A DNA stretch of 64,000 nt. Origin: an uncultured archaeon (GTDB taxonomy: Archaea; Aenigmatarchaeota; Aenigmatarchaeia; CG10238-14; SCSR01). Location: the NCBI GenBank assembly GCA_964539655.1, contig CAZIJH010000001.1, forward strand, positions 74,052 to 138,051. The letters run 5' to 3'. Position numbers and translations under genes: made by a program. Positions within the stretch are counted from its first letter, which is position 1; every line of letters starts with the position of its first letter. The notes under the pieces are model-generated. The model was not told where the DNA came from. It did no database searches and worked only from the letters and a program-made list of their open reading frames with translations. This document shows, piece after piece, positions 9,945-18,288 of the stretch.

Positions 9945-10285
9945 AGTCTCTCTTAGGTTTTTGCGAACGCCCGATTTTATTCAGGCGGACGCATAGGTAG
10001 CATTTGTCTTAGCGCGCAATGCTTGCATCCAATCCCTGCCGTGCCGTTTCATCCTTTCTTCGTTCCAACTTGCCTTGGCGGCGCATCGTCTTGCGGAACA
10101 AAGCGGTCCCGTTTCTGATCACGGCCTATGCCTCTCGGCATGCCTGTTATTCGGCGGATTAGCGGATGGAGAGAACTTCCTCACTCTTCTTTTGAGGGAA
10201 GAGCGAAGCTACCCAGCCAGCTCACCTGAAAATCTAGTGTCGCTCATTGCTTATAAAGACGACTCCGGCGAAAACATTTAAATAA
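9945..10285. ncRNA. Candidate structured non-coding RNA (GC-rich, ORF-free island in a divergent intergenic region); identity unresolved
   Basis: About 340 nt of roughly 55% GC between two divergent AT-richer genes. Multiple local hairpins (e.g. CUCUUC-UUUUGAGG-GAAGAG near 10180-10205; GUUCC…GGAAC near 10060-10100). No credible ORF. I could not match RNase P P4 or SRP helix-8 consensus by eye. Confidence 0.25.
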
Positions 10286-10304
10286 AATTTTACAATCAAT
10301 CAAT

Positions 10305-10721
10305 ATGAAAATTCCAAAAATTGGAATTGCTGTTCTGGCTCTTGTCGGTCTTGCTGCATTGGGTTTCGTGATCTACAATTATTCTCTCAGTTCTTCGCAG
10401 GCTGCTGGTCAGTTGGATGATTTTGCAAAATGCTTAACTGAAAAGGGAGCTGTCATGTACGGCGCTTACTGGTGCCCGCACTGCGCTAACCAGAAAAATA
10501 TGTTCGAAGGCAGCATGAAGTATGTCAATTATGTCGAATGCGACGCGAGAGGGAACAACGCGAATCCTGCACTATGCAGGGAGAAGGGGATTAACGGATA
10601 TCCGACATGGATATTCGGCAACGGCGAGAGGCTCGAAGGCGAAGTCCAGCTTTCCCAGCTTGCGCAGATGACAGGCTGCAGTCTTCCTCAATCCGGATTT
10701 TCTTCCGGCAGCGGTGAGTAG
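10305..10721 (+). CDS. Membrane-anchored thioredoxin-fold protein (VKOR-partner-type Trx-like domain, WCPHC)
   Basis: N-terminal TM helix, then AYWCPHCANQK…VEC…GINGYPTW…G. This resembles the Trx-like domain that is fused to or partnered with VKOR in bacteria. Confidence 0.65.
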   Translation: MKIPKIGIAVLALVGLAALGFVIYNYSLSSSQAAGQLDDFAKCLTEKGAVMYGAYWCPHCANQKNMFEGSMKYVNYVECDARGNNANPALCREKGINGYPTWIFGNGERLEGEVQLSQLAQMTGCSLPQSGFSSGSGE

Positions 10722-11339
10722 ATGAGAACGGCTATAAAGATCATCGCATTGTCGATAATTTTCGGAGCAATATCCGGATCGATTGCGACGTATTTCGTCT
10801 CGGGTGCGCTCGGCGCGCGCGAAAAAACTCAGGACGAGCTGATAAAAGATTTCTACTTGATTGAGAATGCCGTTTACATAAGCCCGCACAGCCTGCGCGG
10901 AAAAATCGACAAGGGGACCAACGATTTTATTTTGGTCGACCTGAGGAGCAACGAGGAATACCAGAGGGAGCACGTCGTGGGAGCGATAAACATCCCCGCG
11001 TACAAGAGCCAGACTACGTCTGCGTACGACGAAGTCGACAGGATAGTCGGGGAATTCGCAAAACTTCCTGAGAACAAGGAGATAATCGTTTATTGTTACA
11101 GCATGCCGTGCATGACCGGAAGGAAGATCGGGAAGATGCTCGTCGATCACGGAATCTACGTGAAGCATCTCGGCATAGGATGGAACGAGTGGAGGCACTT
11201 CTGGACTTTGTGGAACCACGAGTACGAATGGAACACGACCGACGTTATGAAATACATAGCGAGCGGAGACACTCCGGGAGTTTTCAACGGAACTGCAAAT
11301 TCGTCCGCGTGCCCGATATCCGGGGAATTCAGTTGCTGA
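10722..11339 (+). CDS. Membrane-anchored rhodanese-domain sulfurtransferase
   Basis: N-terminal TM, then a rhodanese fold (VDLRSNEEYQREHVVGAINIP … IIVYCYSMPCMTGRKIG with an active-site Cys loop). Confidence 0.7.
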   Translation: MRTAIKIIALSIIFGAISGSIATYFVSGALGAREKTQDELIKDFYLIENAVYISPHSLRGKIDKGTNDFILVDLRSNEEYQREHVVGAINIPAYKSQTTSAYDEVDRIVGEFAKLPENKEIIVYCYSMPCMTGRKIGKMLVDHGIYVKHLGIGWNEWRHFWTLWNHEYEWNTTDVMKYIASGDTPGVFNGTANSSACPISGEFSC

Positions 11340-11391
11340 AACTTTAAATACGATTTGAAGTCATAATAACTAACAACGGCCGATTGATTTC

Positions 11392-11904
11392 ATGGAGCAA
11401 AAACAGTTTAAGATTTTCGTCGCAATTTTCCTTTTCGTTTTCATAGGCTTCCAGATAATTCTTCTGTCGTCCAGCAACATAACTGCGAAGCTGGGATCAG
11501 TCTCGACTATTCTCGGCGGCACTTCTGGCATACAGGGGACTCAGAGCGCTTACGGTCTCGAGTACGGAACTTCGGGCTACAACAAGTTGCTCGAATATTA
11601 TCAGACGATTGAATTGGACAGCATGACACAGCAGCAGAAGGAACGTTTCATCAGGATCGGGACTCAGGACAAAACAGGATGCGGTCCTTGCTGCGGACTG
11701 GGCAACGGTCCAGCTATAGATTCTTCTGGAGAAATTAGATGCGGATGCGGTCACAATCTCGCTTTAGTTGGGCTGATGAAATATCTGGTCACGCAGCACG
11801 GAGACGGATTCACTGACGCTCAGATATTCGATGAGATTGTGAAGTGGAAAAAGGTTTTCTGGCCGGGACAGATCGACGACACAGGAAAAATAATCGGAAG
11901 TTAG
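11392..11904 (+). CDS. Secreted/membrane-anchored Cys-rich protein (CGPCCGLGNG…CGCGHN)
   Basis: N-terminal TM/signal; a cluster of six Cys in ~30 residues; no known family recognised. Confidence 0.5.
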   Translation: MEQKQFKIFVAIFLFVFIGFQIILLSSSNITAKLGSVSTILGGTSGIQGTQSAYGLEYGTSGYNKLLEYYQTIELDSMTQQQKERFIRIGTQDKTGCGPCCGLGNGPAIDSSGEIRCGCGHNLALVGLMKYLVTQHGDGFTDAQIFDEIVKWKKVFWPGQIDDTGKIIGS

Positions 11905-11909
11905 CGATC

Positions 11910-12419
11910 ATGAAAAATAAATTTTTTGCAGGATTGAAAACAGTTTTTTCAAATACTTCGTACATGCTTCTAGCTATGTTACTTTCTATTTTGGTAAGCG
12001 TTCTTCTTATGGTATCGATGAACGTTCTGCAGGTCTATCCCGTTTACTTCGTCGACACGTTCAATCTTTTCAACGAGGGGATGTTGAACACTTCGACAGC
12101 AATCTTGTTTTTGTTTGCCGTTCCGATTTTGTCGGCGCTTACGATTTCCATGATTGTTTACAAGATAATACAATTCAGATCTTCTCCAGGCAACGAAAGT
12201 CCTGTCGCCGCGTTCGGAATTTTCTCCGGATTGTTCACGAGCAGCTGCAGCACATGTATTCCGTTTTTCTTGATGACGGCCGGAGTAACTTACGGGACAT
12301 TTTCGGCATTTGTCGCTCCGCTAATTATTCCGATCAGAATAATGTCTTTGGCTGTTTTGGCCGTGTCATTTTATTTAACCGTGGAAAGCGTAAATAGAAT
12401 CTGTAAAATCCGGAGGTGA
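11910..12419 (+). CDS. Polytopic membrane protein with intramembrane CSTC motif
   Basis: About 5 predicted TM helices. Start chosen at the internal ATG (11910) because the upstream extension overlaps the preceding gene. Confidence 0.5.
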   Translation: MKNKFFAGLKTVFSNTSYMLLAMLLSILVSVLLMVSMNVLQVYPVYFVDTFNLFNEGMLNTSTAILFLFAVPILSALTISMIVYKIIQFRSSPGNESPVAAFGIFSGLFTSSCSTCIPFFLMTAGVTYGTFSAFVAPLIIPIRIMSLAVLAVSFYLTVESVNRICKIRR

Positions 12420-12450
12420 ATGCGTGGTAGAATTCGATCTTACAACAATA

Positions 12451-12591
12451 ATGATAATTGCCGTGCTCGCTCTGGTTTCTGTGCAAACAGTCCAGTTAAT
12501 TGGGTTGTCAAACACAGTTTCGTCTCTGACAAGCGGAGATGTCGCTGCATTGGCTAACACTCAGGCTTCAGCAGGAGTAGGCGGTTGTTAA
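12451..12591 (+). CDS. Small hydrophobic peptide (46 aa) ending in -GVGGC; unannotated
   Basis: MIIAVLALVSVQTVQLIGLSNTVSSLTSGDVAALANTQASAGVGGC. ATG 31 nt after the previous stop, ends 44 nt before the triple-CxxC protein. Too short for the ORF track. Confidence 0.3.
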   Translation: MIIAVLALVSVQTVQLIGLSNTVSSLTSGDVAALANTQASAGVGGC

Positions 12592-12634
12592 ATTTTTTAA
12601 ATATTTTCAAAAATTAAAACGGAGTTAGAAAAAT

Positions 12635-13768
12635 TTGAAATCAAGAAAGAAAAATTCGAAAAAAATTCAGAGAATTAATCTCTCGAAAGAGATCAGCCTG
12701 AAGAAGCTGATTCTCGCAGTACTGATTGTTGTGCTGTTTGTCGAAGTTGGAACGACGTACTCGATGAGTTCTGCTTTGTCGGAAAATACAAGGTCTTCTA
12801 ATTTGAATTTCATTTCGATAACAGATTCTTCGTGCAATGATTGCGGAAGCCTGGATCCTTTCATCCAAGCAATCGAGAGCCTGAACGTAAAAATTTCCTC
12901 AAACAAGTCTTTGGATCTGAGTTCGCAAGAAGCGAAACAGATTCTTAACGAGAACAATATCAAGCGTGTTCCTGTTCTCATTGTCTCCGGAGAGGTCACG
13001 AGAGAAAAAAGTCTGATGGATTTGTTTTCGCAGATCGGAATTCACTTGAAGGACAGCGTCTATATTATATCCGAACCTCCTTATGTTAACCTCACGACAA
13101 ATGAAGTGAAGGGAAGAGTTTCTGTTATAAACATAGTCGACAGCTCGTGCGCTCTCTGCAGCAAGAGTCTTAACAATTTTGTTTCCTCGCTGAAGCGCGG
13201 CGGGATCGCTATTTCTGCCGAGAAGAATTTGGAATACACTTCGTCGGAAGCGAAAAGTTTGATCGAGAAATTCGGACTGCAAAAAATACCGGTAACAGTT
13301 TTCTCGAACGACCTGAAAGAATACAGGAGCATTCAGTCGATATGGACTCAGCTGGATGCAATAGAAAAATCCGATTCGTTCGCAGTTCAATCAATACCTC
13401 CTTACAGAAATCTTTCCACTGAAAAAGTCGACGGGCTCGTGACTCTGTATTCGCTTGTCGACGGATCCTGCTCGAGCTGCTACGATGTTTCGTTGCACAA
13501 ACAGATCCTTGCTTCGAATTTCGGAATAACTCCGAGCAGCGACACTTCGGTTGACATTTCTTCGCAGGCTGGAAAGGATTTGATCAGCAAGTACAACATA
13601 ACCAAAGTTCCTACGATAGTGTTCTCGCCTGAAGCCTCGCTTTACACTTCGCTTGCAGATATGTGGTCGTCTGTCGGAAAGGTTGCGAGCGACGGATGGT
13701 TCGTCTTCACTTCCGTGGAGCAGATGGGGACTTACAAGGATTTAACAACCGGACAGATTGTTTCATAA
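12635..13768 (+). CDS. Membrane-anchored protein with three tandem thioredoxin/glutaredoxin-like CxxC domains
   Basis: N-terminal TM, then three ~110-aa repeats. Each has a CxxC (SSCNDCGS, SSCALCSK, GSCSSCYD) followed by a cis-Pro-like motif (KRVPVLIV, QKIPVTVF, TKVPTIVF). Confidence 0.65.
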   Translation: MKSRKKNSKKIQRINLSKEISLKKLILAVLIVVLFVEVGTTYSMSSALSENTRSSNLNFISITDSSCNDCGSLDPFIQAIESLNVKISSNKSLDLSSQEAKQILNENNIKRVPVLIVSGEVTREKSLMDLFSQIGIHLKDSVYIISEPPYVNLTTNEVKGRVSVINIVDSSCALCSKSLNNFVSSLKRGGIAISAEKNLEYTSSEAKSLIEKFGLQKIPVTVFSNDLKEYRSIQSIWTQLDAIEKSDSFAVQSIPPYRNLSTEKVDGLVTLYSLVDGSCSSCYDVSLHKQILASNFGITPSSDTSVDISSQAGKDLISKYNITKVPTIVFSPEASLYTSLADMWSSVGKVASDGWFVFTSVEQMGTYKDLTTGQIVS

Positions 13769-13810
13769 TCTATTTATTTTATCGGATACGAGAAATTTTC
13801 AAGTGATTGA

Positions 13811-14371
13811 ATGGAAAATCAAACTTCGGCAAGCAAAAAATTTAATTCGAAAAAAATAATTTTGTACGGCTCGATTTCGCTCGTTGTCGTTGCGATAATT
13901 TATCTGGTTGCTACGTCCGGTTTCAATTTATCAAACCAGATTGGGGCAGTTGGATCGACTCATATCCATGCCGACATTGCAGTTTTCCTTAACGGAAATC
14001 AAATTACTCCATTCGGCCAGCAGTATTTTGTTAGATCTCCGTATGTGCACATGGAAGGTGGTCCGGGAGAAGGGACAGTCATCCATATGCATGCGACGAA
14101 CGTTCCGCTGAATTTCTTTTTCAAGTCGCTCGGAATGGATCTTGCAAGCAATTGTTTCAAGCTCGACACTGCCGAGAATTTCTGCGATAGCGGAGACAAA
14201 ACTTTGAAGATGTATGTGAAGCATGCCGGCGGCGAATGGGAACAGAATTTTGATAATGGAAATTATGTGTTCAGGAATTTGGACAAGATTCTAATAACTT
14301 ATGGGAACGAGAATCTCGATCAAATTAAAATCCAGGAAAATTCCGTCACAGATTTCTCGAAAGATAACTAG
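13811..14371 (+). CDS. Membrane-anchored extracytoplasmic protein with His-rich motifs (HIHAD, VIHMHA) and a Cys pair
   Basis: Signal-anchor, then a soluble domain; no family recognised. Confidence 0.45.
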   Translation: MENQTSASKKFNSKKIILYGSISLVVVAIIYLVATSGFNLSNQIGAVGSTHIHADIAVFLNGNQITPFGQQYFVRSPYVHMEGGPGEGTVIHMHATNVPLNFFFKSLGMDLASNCFKLDTAENFCDSGDKTLKMYVKHAGGEWEQNFDNGNYVFRNLDKILITYGNENLDQIKIQENSVTDFSKDN

Positions 14372-14422
14372 GCAATCGAATAGGTTGTCGGTTATAAATA
14401 ATTAATTGTTTAATTTACTCTC

Positions 14423-14923
14423 ATGCCGGTTGCTTCATTTGCGCTTGTAAATGATTATAAAAACAAAGACAATAAGCCAGGTATTCTTTTCACTAATGAA
14501 CACAATGGAAAATACGGTAGCTTGCTTCCGGGTGGAAGGCTTACTGATGACGAATTGAAATTATACTCTGAAAATCAGATAAGAGCCGTTTGCCATGCGG
14601 TTGTTAGAGAAGTAAATGAAGAATTGAATTTGTTTTTTGTTCCAAATCTTAGTTTAACAAGAGTATATCCATTGGAATTTGGTGGTAAACTAAATGATGC
14701 ATGGTTTTTGGGCGGCCATTTGTACACAACAAGAAGAATCGATCCACATGTCGTAGTTACTACGCCAGATGTTGATGAGGTAATCAGAATTGCAGACGAG
14801 AAAGTCAAACCTGTGTCTGTTCTTACTTTGGAGGAAATTGAGTCAAAGTGCAAATTTGAAAGTATGCGTGCTGCAGCGAAAGAATATTTAAGTTATCTTA
14901 TGATTCCAGGTCTCGTAGACTGA
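14423..14923 (+). CDS. Nudix hydrolase
   Basis: Nudix box LPGGRLTDDEL…REVNEELNL. Confidence 0.55.
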   Translation: MPVASFALVNDYKNKDNKPGILFTNEHNGKYGSLLPGGRLTDDELKLYSENQIRAVCHAVVREVNEELNLFFVPNLSLTRVYPLEFGGKLNDAWFLGGHLYTTRRIDPHVVVTTPDVDEVIRIADEKVKPVSVLTLEEIESKCKFESMRAAAKEYLSYLMIPGLVD

Positions 14924-14982
14924 TGTTATTTTAATTAGTCAATGATTAAATTTCAGTAAAAGAGAAATTATTTAGGAATTTC

Positions 14983-15702
14983 ATGTCCAAAAATTTTCAC
15001 GAGACGCACTTCCGCGGAAAGAAGATGAGCGAGATTATTCTCGGCGGACAGGACGGGCTGGTTAACGTTCTTGGCGTGGTTCTCGGCGTTGCCAGCGCGA
15101 CGAACAATTCCTTGATGATTCTGGTCGCTGGAATAGCCGCCACGTTGGCGGAGACGATTTCGATGACCGCAGTCGAGTACACCTCGACAAAGGCTGAAAT
15201 GGAATACTACGAAAGCGAAAGAAAAAATGAAGAACGCGAGAGCGTGGAGGTTCCTGACGAAGAGAAAGCCGAAATACGCAGCATATACGCGAAGAAGGGC
15301 TTCAAGGGAAAAATTCTGGAACAAATTGTTAAGAAGATAACTTCCAACAAAAAAATCTGGGTTGATACGATGATGACCGAGGAATTGAATCTTTCAAGAA
15401 AATTTGACGAGTCGCCTTTGAAAGCAAGCTTGGTTGTTTTCATATCGACTCTGCTCGGCTCGCTCGCGCCGATAATTCCATTTGTATTCATGCCAGTTGC
15501 GAGCGCAATAGTCGCTTCATTGGCATTTTGTGTTGCAATTCTTTTTGCAATGGGAGCGATGAAAGGGAAGCTGACGATGATCAACTGGTTCCGCAGCGGA
15601 CTCGAGCTGGCTCTCATAGGGTCGCTAGCGGCTGCAATCGGATATTTTGTCGGACTTGGTCTCAGCGCGATTTTCGGAACCAGCATTTCAATACTCGGCT
15701 AA
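14983..15702 (+). CDS. VIT1/CCC1-family iron/manganese transporter
   Basis: ILGGQDGLVNVLGVVLGVA N-terminal signature, a charged central loop, and C-terminal TM helices typical of the VIT family. The start may instead be the internal Met at 15025. Confidence 0.7.
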   Translation: MSKNFHETHFRGKKMSEIILGGQDGLVNVLGVVLGVASATNNSLMILVAGIAATLAETISMTAVEYTSTKAEMEYYESERKNEERESVEVPDEEKAEIRSIYAKKGFKGKILEQIVKKITSNKKIWVDTMMTEELNLSRKFDESPLKASLVVFISTLLGSLAPIIPFVFMPVASAIVASLAFCVAILFAMGAMKGKLTMINWFRSGLELALIGSLAAAIGYFVGLGLSAIFGTSISILG

Positions 15703-15715
15703 AGGATGATCAAAC

Positions 15716-16009
15716 ATGGTCGACAGGAAAAAGGTAATCAAAGCATTGAACAATGTGCTTGACCCGGAAGTTGGAGTTTCGATAACTGACATGGAGCTGA
15801 TCGACGAGGTTAGGATAGAAGGGTCGGAAGTCACAGTTGTCTTCCATTTCACAACGCCTGTCTGTCCGCCCATGATGGTCATGAAGATGGCCAACGACAT
15901 AAAGGCCGAAGTGATGAAGGTCGAGGGCGTGAAGAACGTGAAGATAACGGCAAGCGGACACCTGATGGCCGACAAGATCAACAAGGAAATTAATTCTAAG
16001 AAAGTTTGA
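15716..16009 (+). CDS. DUF59/MIP18-family Fe-S cluster assembly protein (SufT-like)
   Basis: VLDPEVGVSITDMELIDEV…TTPVCP motif, 97 aa. Confidence 0.7.
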   Translation: MVDRKKVIKALNNVLDPEVGVSITDMELIDEVRIEGSEVTVVFHFTTPVCPPMMVMKMANDIKAEVMKVEGVKNVKITASGHLMADKINKEINSKKV

Positions 16010-16070
16010 TGTCTGCCAGGTTTGTCAAAAGAAAAAAATTAAAAAACAAATTAAAAAATTTTTTTCATTT

Positions 16071-16469
16071 CTACTTTGCTATTTCGTACACTGCCTTCAG
16101 CGATACGATGACCGCTGCAGGAGCAACGAAAGTAACGATGTTTGTCAGGATCGGTCCTACGTACGCACCAATCACTGGCAAGTTTTGCAAACCAGCCGAG
16201 CCTGCTATGAGCAGAGCTATGGTGGCGAGAAGGAACTCGTGTGTCTCCTTCTCCTTGATGTTAAGCAAACCTACCAGAACACCGAGGATTATCAATACCC
16301 AGGCCACTAGGTCGGCGTACGAAGCGAACGCGCTTGGTACTATTCCGATCAATATTGCCAGGATTACTCCTCCGATGAAGGACCATTCTCCGACGCTTTC
16401 AATCGTCTTTGTGTTTACCTTTGCTTTTGGCATTAGATCTACCTTGAATAAAATTGTGAAAAACGTCAT
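16071..16469 (-). CDS. Small polytopic membrane protein
   Basis: 132 aa, 3-4 TM helices. The overlapping + strand ORF (16006..16473) has implausible composition. Confidence 0.45.
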   Translation of the reverse strand: MTFFTILFKVDLMPKAKVNTKTIESVGEWSFIGGVILAILIGIVPSAFASYADLVAWVLIILGVLVGLLNIKEKETHEFLLATIALLIAGSAGLQNLPVIGAYVGPILTNIVTFVAPAAVIVSLKAVYEIAK

Positions 16470-16585
16470 TTAAACTATGTGTTTTTCTGCGACTTGTCAT
16501 AAAAATTCCCCAAAATCCCCAAAAATCTGTCAAAACTTGAGAAAATATTTAAGCTGGGAAACCAGATTATACTCCTTGTGAGAAC

Positions 16586-16828
16586 ATGAGCCAGCCTAAA
16601 GTGACAGTCTATTCGGCCGAATGGTGCCCGTGGTGCAAGCTTACCAAGCAGTGGCTCGACAAGCACAGTATCCAATATACGGAAATTGACATAGACAAGA
16701 GCCCGAAGGCTGCCGAGGAAGTTGTTGAAAAATCCGGCCAGGAAGGAATTCCTGTCATAGACATAGACGGGAACATCGTGGTCGGCTTCAACGAGCCGGC
16801 GTTGAAAAAACTGCTGGGCATAAAATGA
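16586..16828 (+). CDS. Glutaredoxin-like small redoxin (CPWC)
   Basis: 80 aa: KVTVYSAEWCPWCK…GIPVIDIDG (Grx/NrdH-like fold). Confidence 0.75.
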   Translation: MSQPKVTVYSAEWCPWCKLTKQWLDKHSIQYTEIDIDKSPKAAEEVVEKSGQEGIPVIDIDGNIVVGFNEPALKKLLGIK

Positions 16829-16971
16829 GAGACGGGACTTACGCCTGCAAGTTTTGCGGGCTGGCATACGAAAAGAAAGAGCTTGCCGACGCCTGCGCAC
16901 GGTTTTGCGAGAAAAATCACGCGTGTTCCAAGGAAATCGCAAAGCAGAGTGTCGGGGCTAAACAACCGTAA
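16825..16971 (+). CDS. Small Cys-rich zinc-ribbon-like protein (48 aa), unannotated
   Basis: MRDGTYACKFCGLAYEKKELADACARFCEKNHACSKEIAKQSVGAKQP. Its ATG overlaps the stop of the preceding redoxin (ATGA). Contains CxxC…CxxxC…C. Confidence 0.4.
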   Translation: MRDGTYACKFCGLAYEKKELADACARFCEKNHACSKEIAKQSVGAKQP

Positions 16972-17021
16972 ATGAATTTATTTGTCCAGTCACAAGAATA
17001 TTGAAGGATTGGTAAATTTTC

Positions 17022-17273
17022 ATGGTGAAAGTAATACTTGTCACGACAAAGACTTGCGTCTATTGCCCGACTGCCAAAAAGATATGGCAGGAAATCAGGC
17101 AGAGCCGCAATTTCGAATACGAGGAAGTCGATGCCGGAACACCTTCCGGACAGAAAATTGCCCAGAAATTCGGAATAATGTCGGTCCCTGCAACAATAAT
17201 CGACGGAAAAGTCGAGTTCGTGGGTGTTCCTGACAAGACCAGGGCGCTTTCGATCATCGACAGCAAACACTAA
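17022..17273 (+). CDS. Small thioredoxin/glutaredoxin-like protein (CVYC)
   Basis: 83 aa: VILVTTKTCVYCPTAKK…SVPATIIDG. Confidence 0.7.
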   Translation: MVKVILVTTKTCVYCPTAKKIWQEIRQSRNFEYEEVDAGTPSGQKIAQKFGIMSVPATIIDGKVEFVGVPDKTRALSIIDSKH

Positions 17274-17294
17274 ATAAGAAAAATTGCCAATAAG

Positions 17295-18275
17295 ATGGTA
17301 GTGAATCTTTTGACAGAGAAAGAAAAATACGACGTGATAATCGTCGGCGGCGGCGCTGCAGGGCTTTCGGCAGCGATATACAGCTGCAGGAAGAAACTCA
17401 AAACTCTCGTGATATCCGTAGACATCGGCGGACAGAACCTTCTGACGGACAGCATAGAAAATTATCCGGGCTACACGGAAATGAGCGGGTCGAAGCTGAT
17501 GGACACTTTTTTCTCTCAGGCCCAAAAGTTCGGCGCGAATTTCGTTTCGGGAAAAGCGGGCTCTCTCAAGAAAATCAAAGGTGGCGGATTCGAAATCGGG
17601 CTCACGAATGGCGAAACGTATCATGCCAGGTCCGTTATTATAGCGGCCGGAAAGATAGCCCGCAACCTCGGGATTCCCGGCGAGGAAAAATTCGTCGGAC
17701 GCGGGGTCAGCACCTGCGCTACATGCGATGCGCCGTTCGCGAAAAAAAGGAAGGTTGCTGTAATCGGCGGCGGCAATTCCGCGCTTGAAGCGGCCGAGCT
17801 TCTTTCGAAATTCGCGGACAAGATCTATATTGTTCACAGGAGGGACGAATTCCGCGGCGACCAGATAACTGTCGACAAGATAAAAAAATTGAAGAACGTC
17901 GAGATGATTTTGAACAGTTCTCCGGCCAGCATACAAGGCGACCAGAAAATCAAATCGGTTTCGGTCGAGAATGTGAACACGAAAGAAAAAAGGGAATTGG
18001 AAGTCGACATGATTTTTGTGGAGATCGGATACGTTGTCGACACGGAATGGCTGAAAGAAATTGTCAAGAGAAACGACAAGAACGAAATAATTGTTGGCAG
18101 AAACGGGGAGACTTCTCAGGAGGGAATATTCGCCGCGGGCGATGTTACAGATTTTCCTTACAAGCAGACCGTGATTTCCGCGGGGTCGGGAGCCACGGCA
18201 GCATTGTCAGCCTACAACTATCTGCGCGGCATGGAAGGCAAGACTGCGATCAGCATCGACTGGGGAAAAGAGTGA
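17295..18275 (+). CDS. trxB: Thioredoxin-disulfide reductase
   Basis: FAD motif GGGAAGLSAAIY, redox-active CATCDAPF, NADPH motif GGGNSALEAA; 326 aa. Confidence 0.85.
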   Translation: MVVNLLTEKEKYDVIIVGGGAAGLSAAIYSCRKKLKTLVISVDIGGQNLLTDSIENYPGYTEMSGSKLMDTFFSQAQKFGANFVSGKAGSLKKIKGGGFEIGLTNGETYHARSVIIAAGKIARNLGIPGEEKFVGRGVSTCATCDAPFAKKRKVAVIGGGNSALEAAELLSKFADKIYIVHRRDEFRGDQITVDKIKKLKNVEMILNSSPASIQGDQKIKSVSVENVNTKEKRELEVDMIFVEIGYVVDTEWLKEIVKRNDKNEIIVGRNGETSQEGIFAAGDVTDFPYKQTVISAGSGATAALSAYNYLRGMEGKTAISIDWGKE

Positions 18276-18288
18276 TTGGTGAAAAGTT

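Noticed and set aside
10075-10281. 68-aa + ORF inside the GC-rich island
   Set aside because: Composition is unlike genome proteins and there is no promoter or RBS context. The region is better explained as structured RNA or non-coding DNA.
16917-17936. 339-aa minus-strand ORF
   Set aside because: Antisense to the CVYC redoxin and thioredoxin reductase genes, which have clear motifs; Arg/Ala-rich mirror-frame artefact.
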